DNA from: Polyangiaceae bacterium
GTDB lineage: Bacteria; Myxococcota_A; Polyangia; Polyangiales; Polyangiaceae
Reading direction: 5' to 3'
Assembly: GCA_044376115.1 (NCBI GenBank)
Contig: JBILLK010000009.1
Span: 96,001 to 160,000 of the forward strand
DNA length: 64,000 nucleotides
Positions 35,300 through 43,749 of the stretch are shown piece after piece (positions within the stretch are counted from its first letter, which is position 1; every line of letters starts with the position of its first letter). The position numbers and the translations under genes are program-made. The notes beneath the pieces are model-generated. The model did no database searches. It worked only from the letters and a program-made list of their open reading frames with translations, and was not told where the DNA came from.

Positions 35300-38212
35300 T
35301 CAGGCGAGCGCTTGGCCGATCAGCGTGCTTTGCTCAAGCAGATGTGCGGCGCGAGAGCCCGTCGCCGGGCTTGCGCTAGCCGCGCGCGCTACGCAGGAGA
35401 GAGGCATCCGCCCGTCGATGAGGTCGGGCAAACGCGCATTGATGAAGTACCAACCGCCGTAGTTCTTCGGCTCCTCTTGCACCCACACCAAGGGTGTCCC
35501 GGCCGGGAACTTCGCCAGTGCGTCCTTGAGCTCTGAGCCGAGCGGGTAGAGCTGCTCGAGGCGGAGGATTGCGACGTCCTTGATGCCGCGTGCCTCGCGC
35601 TCGAGTGCGAGATCGTAATAGACCTTGCCGCTGCACAGGAGAACCTTGCGCACGGTGGAAGCGCCCTCGAGGACATCCCCAATCACCGGTTGGAATTCGC
35701 CGTTGCACAGGTCTTCAACGGTTGAAACCGGGCGGTGAAGGCCAGCCGAGGTCGCCGCGACGCGCAGCAGGCTTTTGGGCGTCATGATCACCAATGGCTT
35801 GCGCCACGGCCTCACGACTTGCCGCCGAAGCGCGTGGAAGAGCTGCGCTGGCGTGGTGAGGTTGCAAACCTGGACGTTGTCTTCAGCGCTGTTCTGGAGG
35901 AAGCGCTCCATGCGAGCGCTGGAGTGCTCCGGCCCCTGGCCCTCGTAGCCGTGGGGCAAGAGCAGCGTCAGGCCGCTGAGCCGATGCCATTTGTCCTCAC
36001 ACGAGGTGAGGAACTGATCCACGATGACCTGCGCGCCATTGAGGAAGTCACCAAACTGCGCCTCCCAGATTACGAGCGCGTCGGGGTAGTCGAGGCTGTA
36101 GCCGAACTCGAAGCCGAGCACCCCCGCCTCTGACAGCGGGCTGTTCCAGGCATCGAAGCGCGCGTGCTCGCGGCAGACCGCAGCAAACGGTGAGTAGACC
36201 GAGCCGGTGTCGATGTCGTGGAGGACGGCGTGACGATGGCTGAAGGTGCCGCGTTGCACGTCCTGCCCGCTCAACCGCACAGAGTACCCCTCATGAAGCA
36301 GCGAAGCGTACGCAAGCGCTTCAGCGGCTCCCCAGTCGAACGCTTCCCCTTTGGTCAGCTTCTCGTGCCGTTGCTTGAGCGTCGGCAGTACCTTGGGGTG
36401 AACCTTGAAGCCCTCGGGGAAGGTTACCAATGACGTGGAAAGCGCCTCTAACGTCGACCGGTCCACCTTGGTCGGAACGCTGGGCGTCTCTGTCGACGGG
36501 CCGCCCTTGTAGGGCGTCCACACTCCGCCGAGCGTGTACTTGCCGATCACCCAGCCCTGCTCTTTCACAGCACGGAAGGCCTCTTCGAGTCGCGCCCGTT
36601 GCGCCTGCGCGATCGAAGTCGCGAGCTCCTCGGTGATGTGACCGAGGCCGCGCAGATGATCGATGTACATGCGACGTACCGTGGGCTTTTGGTCGATCAG
36701 CCTGTACATCGCCGGCTGGGTGTAACGCGGCTCGTCGCCCTCGTTATGGCCGTACTTGCGGTAGCAATAGACGTCGATCACGACGTCCTGCTTGAACTTC
36801 TGGCGGTAGTCCATCGCCAGCATGGCTACCTGCGCAACCGCCTCCGGATCTTCGCCGTTGACGTGGAACACCGGCACTTTGAGCATGCGCGTGATGTCGC
36901 TGGCGTAGCGCGTGGAGCGAGAATCTTCCGGATCGGTGGTGAAACCGACCTGGTTGTTCACGATCAGGTGGATGGTTCCGCCCGTCTTGTAGCCCGTCAA
37001 GCCGCAGAGATTGAGCGTCTCGGGAACGATCCCTTGGCCGATGAACGCTGCATCTCCGTGAATCAGCAGCGGCATCACGCGGTTCATCGCGTCCTCGCCC
37101 AGCTTGACCAGCGTGCCAGTCGCGCTCTGACGGCGCTCTTGCTTCGCTCGTACGCGGCCCTCGACGACCGGATTGACGAACTCGAGGTGGCTCGGGTTGA
37201 AGGTGAGCGTGAGGTGGATGTTCTTGCCACCCTCAGTCACGCGATCGGTCGAGTAGCCCAGGTGGTACTTGACGTCCCCGCGCCCAAGGTTGCCTTCCGC
37301 GTCACGGTCTTCAAACGCCGCGAAGATCTCCTGCAGGCTCTTGTCCATGATGTTGACGAGGACGTTGAGCCGACCGCGGTGAGCCATGCCGAGCACGATC
37401 TCCTCCACGCCGTTCTCCGCCGCCCGCTCGATCAGCAGGTCAACCAGGGCCATTGTGCTCTCGCCGCCCTCGAGGGAGAAGCGCTTGGTGCCCGCGCCGT
37501 ACGAGCCGTGGATGAACTGCTCGAAGACCTCCGCCTCGGTGAGCTTCGAGAGGATACGGAGCTGTTGCGCCTTGGTGAGCTCGAGTCGGTTCTTGGTCGA
37601 CTCCATTTGCTCGCGCAACCAACGCCGGGCTTCAGGATCCTCGATGTGGGTGAACTCCACGCCGATCGACCGGCAGTAGGTCTCACGGAGCTTCTCCAGC
37701 AGCTCTCGAAGGAGCATCGTCGACGGCCCCGGGAAATCAACCGTCGGCACGGAGCGCGAGAGCGCGTCCTCGCTCAGGCCGAAGTTGGAAAGCTCCAGCT
37801 CTGGATGGCTTGCCGACGGCTGCGAGAGCGGATTCACGTTGGCGTAAAGGTGCCCTCGAACACGGAAGGCGTTCAGCAGCTGGTAGACGCGCGCGTGCAA
37901 CGCAGCGTCGGAGCTGGCTGCGTCCAGCGCGCCCCGCACCGGCGCGACCGATGCTTCCGGCGTTACCGAGATTTTAGGCGCTACTGCCGCGATCTCGAAG
38001 GTTCGGTCGAGCGCAGCGACCACCTCGGTATGGCCGTTCTTGCCATTCGCCGCGGCGAGAGCCTGCGCCGCGTGACCGTTGCGCCGCACACGGCCAACTC
38101 GCTCGTCGAAGAAGGCGCGCCACGAGGCGTCCACCGACTCAGGGTTGTCGAGATATTGACCGTAGAGCTCTTCAACGAGCCCGGAGTTGATGCCGAAATT
38201 CAGGTCAGCCAT
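35300..38212 (-). CDS. sucA: 2-oxoglutarate dehydrogenase E1
   Basis: KRFSLEGGE, GMAHRGRLN, GDVKYHLG, NPSHLE, HGDAAF, GHNEGDEP, RGTFSHRH, WEAQFGDF, PHGYEGQGPEHSSAR. Confidence 0.97.
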   Translation of the reverse strand: MADLNFGINSGLVEELYGQYLDNPESVDASWRAFFDERVGRVRRNGHAAQALAAANGKNGHTEVVAALDRTFEIAAVAPKISVTPEASVAPVRGALDAASSDAALHARVYQLLNAFRVRGHLYANVNPLSQPSASHPELELSNFGLSEDALSRSVPTVDFPGPSTMLLRELLEKLRETYCRSIGVEFTHIEDPEARRWLREQMESTKNRLELTKAQQLRILSKLTEAEVFEQFIHGSYGAGTKRFSLEGGESTMALVDLLIERAAENGVEEIVLGMAHRGRLNVLVNIMDKSLQEIFAAFEDRDAEGNLGRGDVKYHLGYSTDRVTEGGKNIHLTLTFNPSHLEFVNPVVEGRVRAKQERRQSATGTLVKLGEDAMNRVMPLLIHGDAAFIGQGIVPETLNLCGLTGYKTGGTIHLIVNNQVGFTTDPEDSRSTRYASDITRMLKVPVFHVNGEDPEAVAQVAMLAMDYRQKFKQDVVIDVYCYRKYGHNEGDEPRYTQPAMYRLIDQKPTVRRMYIDHLRGLGHITEELATSIAQAQRARLEEAFRAVKEQGWVIGKYTLGGVWTPYKGGPSTETPSVPTKVDRSTLEALSTSLVTFPEGFKVHPKVLPTLKQRHEKLTKGEAFDWGAAEALAYASLLHEGYSVRLSGQDVQRGTFSHRHAVLHDIDTGSVYSPFAAVCREHARFDAWNSPLSEAGVLGFEFGYSLDYPDALVIWEAQFGDFLNGAQVIVDQFLTSCEDKWHRLSGLTLLLPHGYEGQGPEHSSARMERFLQNSAEDNVQVCNLTTPAQLFHALRRQVVRPWRKPLVIMTPKSLLRVAATSAGLHRPVSTVEDLCNGEFQPVIGDVLEGASTVRKVLLCSGKVYYDLALEREARGIKDVAILRLEQLYPLGSELKDALAKFPAGTPLVWVQEEPKNYGGWYFINARLPDLIDGRMPLSCVARAASASPATGSRAAHLLEQSTLIGQALA

Positions 38213-38284
38213 GGGGGTAGCGCCGATGCGAAAAGGGACCGCGGGCATAACGCGCCTACGGTCCGATCGAAAGGGTTGTGAAGG

Positions 38285-39049
38285 TCAAAAGGTGACTTGG
38301 AGATTTGCGCCCTGGGCGGTGGGCACGAGCGTGACGCCCGTGGACTCGTCGAGTACTTCGAGTTCTGCCACGTCGTTGCGCCGGTAGACTGGTCGTTTGA
38401 GGACGAACCCCCCGAGCATGAGGCCGAATCCCGTGGCTTGCACCGCGGTAATGATGGTCATGCCCGCAAAGGTTGCGCGACCGTCGTCACTCTCAATGCC
38501 TTTCGCAATCGGGGACCAGATCACTGGCCCGACAAGTGGCACCATCAACAAAAGCGCCTCGTCGTACTCGTTGTCGCCTCCAGCGTAGAGGCCGCCACCG
38601 ACGAGGGCAGTAATCGCGTGGGAAATGGAAAAGATGATGGTCCCGGAAAGCCAGAGCGGCTTTCGTGCTTCACGGGCCATTCGGTAGCCCACAGGCGGTG
38701 CTTCGCGCGGATCGAGCACGGGAAAAGAACGGGGGAAGCGGCCAGGTTGTTCCAGGTAACCCGGTGGCATGACCACGACATCCGGCGCTGGTGCTGCTTG
38801 CCATCCGTTGTTCCAACCTTGATTGGGAACTGCCGGCATCGGCTGCGGTTGGCCCGGTTGGACGACAACCGGTTGGGCCACGGGCGGTTGCATTGGCGCG
38901 GAGGGAGCCTGCGGTTGCACCGGCACCGGTGCACTCGGAGCGGGTGGTGGTGTCATCGGCGCAGGCGGTGGTGCCGCTTGCGAGACGGCCGTTCCGGCTG
39001 GGAGCAGTAGAGCGAGAGAGAGTGCAAAGGTCTTCATCGGTTCGCTCAA
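38285..39049 (-). CDS. Pro-rich exported membrane protein (paralogue of the next ORF)
   Basis: Signal peptide, Pro/Gln linker, PPVGY, hydrophobic helices with VPLVGP, C-terminal ANLQVTF. Confidence 0.6.
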   Translation of the reverse strand: MSEPMKTFALSLALLLPAGTAVSQAAPPPAPMTPPPAPSAPVPVQPQAPSAPMQPPVAQPVVVQPGQPQPMPAVPNQGWNNGWQAAPAPDVVVMPPGYLEQPGRFPRSFPVLDPREAPPVGYRMAREARKPLWLSGTIIFSISHAITALVGGGLYAGGDNEYDEALLLMVPLVGPVIWSPIAKGIESDDGRATFAGMTIITAVQATGFGLMLGGFVLKRPVYRRNDVAELEVLDESTGVTLVPTAQGANLQVTF

Positions 39050-39777
39050 AAATCGATTGCCATGGAGCCGGCGCCCAAGCCAACGGAGGCGCGAAGCCGC
39101 GGGGCGGCTGCCTCGTCCTCCAGCGGGATACCCGTTGGCAGTCTGCGAAGCCAGGTGTCACGCTCGAAGGCCGAAACGAGTGCCATCGCAAGCCCTGCTG
39201 CTTGGCCAATCCCGTCCAACACGAGCAAGTAGCTCGCGGTTCCGTCGGTCTCAGCGGTGCCGATGCTGATAAAGGGCCCGGCGACCGGAACGAACAGGGG
39301 GGCCAACTCGGTGTCACCAGCGAACACTGCGATATAGGCGGCCACTGAGCTACCGAGATAGAGCGAGCCCAGCGTTACGATGCCGCCGACCAGAAACCTC
39401 TTGCTCGGCCCCTCCTCCGACTCGTACCCCGGAGGGATGACCTCGCCCGGCCGCCATTCAAGCTTGCGCGGTCTTGGGTCACGCAGCCCACGGCGGCGGC
39501 CCGAAGGGCGGTCTTGATCGGGTTCCATGCGCGGCGGTGGTGGAGGCGCTGGGGCTAGTGCCTGCGTGCCCGGACCTTGCGTTGCTGCGGGTTGCATTGC
39601 TGCGGGTTGACCGCCTGACGGAGCCTGAGGCGGGGTCGCAGTCGGGACCGAACTCGCGGACGGAGCCGCGGTCATTGGGGGCAAGGGTGGTGGCGGCGGA
39701 GCGGCGGGTTGGGCACCCGCCGAACCTGTTGCCGCAACCAGCGCGACACCCGTCGCAATCGCAAGATCCCAGCGCAT
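39046..39777 (-). CDS. Pro-rich exported membrane protein
   Basis: Signal peptide, Pro linker, PPGY, VPVAGPF, DGIGQAAGL, C-terminal SMAIDF; 4-bp overlap with the downstream paralogue. Confidence 0.6.
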   Translation of the reverse strand: MRWDLAIATGVALVAATGSAGAQPAAPPPPPLPPMTAAPSASSVPTATPPQAPSGGQPAAMQPAATQGPGTQALAPAPPPPPRMEPDQDRPSGRRRGLRDPRPRKLEWRPGEVIPPGYESEEGPSKRFLVGGIVTLGSLYLGSSVAAYIAVFAGDTELAPLFVPVAGPFISIGTAETDGTASYLLVLDGIGQAAGLAMALVSAFERDTWLRRLPTGIPLEDEAAAPRLRASVGLGAGSMAIDF

Positions 39778-39779
39778 TT

Positions 39780-39911
39780 TCAGCCTGCGAGGGGCTTGAA
39801 GGCTTCGAGTGCCTTCTTCCAGGCGCGGGCTTTCCGGCCGCTCTTCGTTCGCGAAGCCTTCTGCGCGATTTTTTCTTCGAGGTTCTTCAACTTGCGGGCG
39901 GGTCGGTTCAC
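39780..39911 (-). CDS. 43-aa Lys/Arg-rich small protein, absent from the ORF track
   Basis: GTG..TGA: MNRPARKLKNLEEKIAQKASRTKSGRKARAWKKALEAFKPLAG; AAGGAAAAA RBS-like sequence upstream; stop 2 nt before the next ATG. Confidence 0.65.
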   Translation of the reverse strand: MNRPARKLKNLEEKIAQKASRTKSGRKARAWKKALEAFKPLAG

Positions 39912-39944
39912 GGTTTTTCCTTGTTTAAGGAGTGATAGTTAAGA

Positions 39945-40262
39945 AGCGGCTTCGGCCCCACTTCAAGGCGGGCGGATGCTGCCCGAACCGGTCCGCGGAG
40001 TAAATGACTCATGCCAAGTCGACGGTTCAACGGGGCCTTCGGGCGTCGTTGTCGAAGAAGGCCCGAGTCATTCACTTCGTGCCTTCGGCACTCCGTAGAC
40101 CTGCGTGGACTCCGTCCACTTCGTGGACTCTGTCCACTCCGGTTCTGGATGCTGCGTCCACCTTCGGTGGAATGACTCATGCCAAGTTGATGAGCGAAAC
40201 GGGGCCTTCGGCGGATTCTCTCGAAGAGGGCACGAGTCTTCGTGCTTTCGGCACGGAGTGAA
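39945..40262. repeat. Structured intergenic element: two imperfect direct-repeat units of about 85 bp flanking an array of short palindromes
   Basis: AATGACTCATGCCAAGT at about 40003 and 40171, each followed by AACGGGGCCTTCGG..TCGAAGA.GGC.CGAGTC..CTTCGTGCYTTCGGCAC; GTGGAC-N3-GTCCAC-TTC-GTGGAC-N3-GTCCAC between them. Confidence 0.8.
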
Positions 40263-40269
40263 GGGCTAG

Positions 40270-40731
40270 CTACGTTTTATCGGCTACGGAGTCGGGCGTT
40301 TCTGCGCCCATACGTCCCAGCAGGTGAATGCCGCCGCCGAGGCCCAACCCACCAACCACCGCGATTGCGATGGCCCAAGGCGAGCTCGAGGTCGCAAGCC
40401 CCGCAAGACCAGCGGCTGCCACCGCCATGCTGAGGAGCACCGTCTTGCGCGGCTCGGGGAAGGACGACCCGGCAACGAAGCTGGCGATTCCGAGAATGAC
40501 GAGGGCGTAGGGACTCTCGGCGGGGCCTAGGGCAGCCGTTCCTACGAGCAGCGCCGTCACCGCAACTACCGCGGCGGATGTGCGAAACAGGTTGCGGTTG
40601 CCAAGCTCAACGGGGAGCGGAGAAGGCTCCGCCGGCGCCTCAACGTGTCTCCGCTTCCTTCTCCGCTTTCGCCGGGGAGCAGCCTCTGCGGGCGTGCCGT
40701 CTTCGGTCTCCACGCGCTGGAGGGTAGCCAA
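40270..40731 (-). CDS. Hypothetical membrane protein (about 4 TM helices)
   Basis: Basic N-terminus (RRKRRRKRR) followed by four hydrophobic segments. Confidence 0.6.
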   Translation of the reverse strand: MATLQRVETEDGTPAEAAPRRKRRRKRRHVEAPAEPSPLPVELGNRNLFRTSAAVVAVTALLVGTAALGPAESPYALVILGIASFVAGSSFPEPRKTVLLSMAVAAAGLAGLATSSSPWAIAIAVVGGLGLGGGIHLLGRMGAETPDSVADKT

Positions 40732-40762
40732 GAAGCGGCAGAGAGGCTAGGACAGCCAAGCC

Positions 40763-42373
40763 ATGGCGCGACTCGGCGCGATCGACATCGGTTCCAACGC
40801 GATTCGTTTGCGTATCGTTGACGTGGACCCACCGGAACTCGGCGGCAACGCGCGCGGCCCGCGCTTTCGCCCGTTTCGCGAGGTCTTTGCCGACCGCGTC
40901 GCCGTTCGACTCGGGCACGACGTCTTTACCCGGGGCCGCATCGAAAGTTCGATGATCGCGCAGGCTTGCGACGCGCTGCGCTCCTTTCGGACCAAGATGG
41001 ACGAGGTCAAGGTCGACCGATATCGCGCGGTTGCTACCAGCGCGTGCCGAGAGGCCGAGAACGCCGACGTCTTCGTCGAACGGGCCGAGCGCGAAGCCGG
41101 CGTGTTCGTCGAGGTCATCGAAGGGGTGGAGGAGGCTCGCTTGGTGCAAATCGCCGTGCGCGAGCGGATGAACCTCGAAAAGAAGACAGCCCTTTTGATC
41201 GACATTGGCGGTGGTTCGACCGAAGTGACCATCATGCGCGACCTCGAGCCGGTGGTAGCGCGCAGCCTTCCCATGGGCACCGTGCGCCTGCTCGAGGCGT
41301 TCCTCGACGGCGGTGACCGGCTCGACGCGGTGCGCGAGGAGCTCCTGAGCGAGTACATCGAGCGTGTCGGGGGAGAAGCGCTGCGCGAGGTTTCGGCGAC
41401 GCTCGATGGAGTTTTGGACGTGGTCATCGCCACCGGCGGCAACATCGAGACGCTCGCGGATCTAGCGCCACTCCATCAGGCTTTCCCCGAGAGTCGCGGC
41501 ATCGATATGGCCGCTATGCGTACGCTGCTGCGCGAGTTGGCTGCCCAGACGTTGAATGAGCGGGTTGCTCGCTATTCGCTTCGACCCGACCGAGCCGACA
41601 CCATCGTCCCTGCCGCCAAGATCCTAGACTTCGCCGCGCGAGCTGTGAACGTCGATCGCATTCTTGCTCCCGGTGTTGGCCTGAAGGAGGGGGTGCTCGT
41701 CGATTTGGCGATGCAGCACTTCGTGCCACGAGATTTCTCTTCGGAGAAAGCCAGCGTTGGAGAGGCCTGCTTGCGACTTGGTCGCCGCTACCACTTCGAT
41801 GAGAGCCACGGACGTAAGGTAGCGTCCTTCGCCACCAAACTCTTCGACGACCTGGCCAGAGTGCACGGCCTCGAGCCGCGGGACCGCGTGCTGCTATTCG
41901 CCGCTGCGTTGCTTCATGACGTCGGCGATTTCGTTCGCTACGAGGGCCACCACAAACACAGCTACTACGTGATCGCGCACAGCGACATCATGGGCCTTAC
42001 GCCGGCTGAGCGTGAGGTCGTTGCCAATGTTGCGCGTTACCACCGCAAGAGCCCGCCCTCGCTCGACCACGAGAATTTTCGCGCGTTGGCGCCCCGCTTG
42101 CGCACCAAGGTCAAGACCATGGCGTCGATGTTGCGCGTCGCTGACGCTTTGGATCGCGAGCACCGGCAGGTTGTCTCGAAGATATCCGCCAACGTCGAAG
42201 GCAACCTGCTCTGGCTGACCGTCGATGGGGATGGCGAGCGTGCGCTCGAGGAGTGGACCGTACGCGCCAAAAGTGGGCTCCTCCGCGACACACTTGGCTT
42301 GGAGCTGCGTTTGGTCAACGGCACCGGGCCGGCCCCTCCGCCTTCTTGGCGCGTGCGAGAGGAGCTTCGATGA
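40763..42373 (+). CDS. ppx: Ppx/GppA exopolyphosphatase with C-terminal HD domain
   Basis: AIDIGSNAIRL, VATSACREAEN, GVEEARL, DIGGGSTE, RADTIVP, LKEG, LLHDVG..HHKHSYY. Confidence 0.92.
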   Translation: MARLGAIDIGSNAIRLRIVDVDPPELGGNARGPRFRPFREVFADRVAVRLGHDVFTRGRIESSMIAQACDALRSFRTKMDEVKVDRYRAVATSACREAENADVFVERAEREAGVFVEVIEGVEEARLVQIAVRERMNLEKKTALLIDIGGGSTEVTIMRDLEPVVARSLPMGTVRLLEAFLDGGDRLDAVREELLSEYIERVGGEALREVSATLDGVLDVVIATGGNIETLADLAPLHQAFPESRGIDMAAMRTLLRELAAQTLNERVARYSLRPDRADTIVPAAKILDFAARAVNVDRILAPGVGLKEGVLVDLAMQHFVPRDFSSEKASVGEACLRLGRRYHFDESHGRKVASFATKLFDDLARVHGLEPRDRVLLFAAALLHDVGDFVRYEGHHKHSYYVIAHSDIMGLTPAEREVVANVARYHRKSPPSLDHENFRALAPRLRTKVKTMASMLRVADALDREHRQVVSKISANVEGNLLWLTVDGDGERALEEWTVRAKSGLLRDTLGLELRLVNGTGPAPPPSWRVREELR

Positions 42374-42978
42374 GACGCTGGTTGGGGCTCCTCGTGGTGC
42401 CGCTCCTCGCCTGCTCGGCCTCGGTTCCGGATCCGCGCGAAGCGGCGCTGGCCTACGCGCGAGCCGCCGAAACAGGGGATGGGGATGCCGTCTACGAGAT
42501 GCTGAGCGAGGAGTCGAAGCGACGCTATACCGCAAGCGAAGTGCGCTCGCTCGTAGCCGATGAAAAGGCTGAGTTGCGTCTGCAAGCAGAGGCCGTTCGT
42601 GCTGCCAGCAAGGTCGTAACCGAGGCAGCGGTGCCTTACGCAGACGGTGAGCAGGCTGCCCTGGTTCTTGAAGACGGCGGCTTTCGGATCAGCGCCGCCG
42701 ATGCGCTACCCGCCGACTCGCGCACCGTGGTGCAAGCCTTGGGGCAGTTGCGCAAGGTGCTCGCTCGCCGAAGTTATCAGGGCCTGCTTCGAATGCTGAC
42801 GCCACGCTCGCGCGCCGCGATCGAGGAGGATCTGCGCTCGCTCGTGATTGGGCTGGAGCAGCCTGAGGGGCTCGATGTCGAACTGAGCGGCGAGACAGCG
42901 ACGGTGGTGTTGCCCGGCGGCCACCTGGTGAAGTTGCGAAAAGAGGCCGGAGTGTGGCGCGTCGAGGATTTTGATTGA
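42370..42978 (+). CDS. Hypothetical lipoprotein (NTF2-like repeats)
   Basis: Lipobox LLAC; ATGA overlap with ppx; GD..AVYEMLS and LRKEAGVWRVE motifs. Confidence 0.6.
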   Translation: MRRWLGLLVVPLLACSASVPDPREAALAYARAAETGDGDAVYEMLSEESKRRYTASEVRSLVADEKAELRLQAEAVRAASKVVTEAAVPYADGEQAALVLEDGGFRISAADALPADSRTVVQALGQLRKVLARRSYQGLLRMLTPRSRAAIEEDLRSLVIGLEQPEGLDVELSGETATVVLPGGHLVKLRKEAGVWRVEDFD

Positions 42979-42984
42979 GGCTGA

Positions 42985-43749
42985 ATGAGGTTCGGTAAAC
43001 GTCAGCTGCTCCTTGGCGTTGCGGCTCTTTCGTCCGGGCTGTTGGCGCGCAAGTCTGCGTTCGCATTTGGGGAGGAAGGCGCGTTCAATCCGCGAGTTCT
43101 GCTGACCGGCGACGCGAAGTGGGAAGGTGTGCGGAGCAACGCTCCCGCGCGCTGGGCCGCTGAGTTGACCAAGCGCACCAGCGCTCCAGGGCGAGAGCGC
43201 CCGACCATCGTGCGCGCCGACGAAGCGGACCTGCTGGATGAGCCCTTCGCCGTTTGGGCCGGCTCCAAGGAGGTGGCGCCCCTCACGACCAAGGAGCTAC
43301 GCAGGCTCAAGCAGTTCTTCGGGCTGGGCGGCGTGCTCTTCGTTGATGACCTTGACCCCAAAACCGGCACGTTCTTGCCCTCGGCCAAGCGTGAGATTGC
43401 TCGTGCTTTGCCCAACGTCGGCCCGGTTGCTGTGGGCGCCGAGAACGTTTTGTTTCGCTCGTTCTACCTTCTGAAGCGACCGTACGGCCGAGTTGAAGGG
43501 CCTGCCAAGCTCGAGATCGTGTCGCGCTCGTCGATCATCCACGTGATCTACTCAAGCCACGATTTGCTGGGTGCGCTCGCGACTGACGCAGAAGGCACCA
43601 GCAGCCTGGCCGTAACGCCTGGTGGTGAAGCGCAACGCGAGAAGGCGATTCGCTTGGCGGTCAACGTGGCGATGTACGTCACCTGTTCGAACTACAAGGA
43701 CGACCAAGTCCACGCTGAGCACATCATGCGTCGTCGGGGCTCAAAGTGA
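42985..43749 (+). CDS. DUF4159 domain protein
   Basis: PFAVWAG..PLT..E..RLKQFF..GGVLFVDD, LFRSFYLL, RLAVN..MY....NYKDDQVH. Confidence 0.8.
   Translation: MRFGKRQLLLGVAALSSGLLARKSAFAFGEEGAFNPRVLLTGDAKWEGVRSNAPARWAAELTKRTSAPGRERPTIVRADEADLLDEPFAVWAGSKEVAPLTTKELRRLKQFFGLGGVLFVDDLDPKTGTFLPSAKREIARALPNVGPVAVGAENVLFRSFYLLKRPYGRVEGPAKLEIVSRSSIIHVIYSSHDLLGALATDAEGTSSLAVTPGGEAQREKAIRLAVNVAMYVTCSNYKDDQVHAEHIMRRRGSK

Noticed and set aside
35300..38212. sucA without an adjacent sucB/lpd
   Set aside because: Operon dispersal is seen throughout this window, so this is not informative on its own.
36599..38281. 560-aa plus-strand ORF
   Set aside because: Antisense shadow of sucA.
40186..40204. TTGATGAGCGAAAC resembles a hammerhead ribozyme core
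   Set aside because: C3 is U, there is no stem II, no convincing stem I, and the motif is absent from the sister repeat unit. A self-cleavage assay would settle it.
40003..40254. Repeat pair as a CRISPR array
   Set aside because: Only two degenerate long units, no regular repeat-spacer period and no cas genes.
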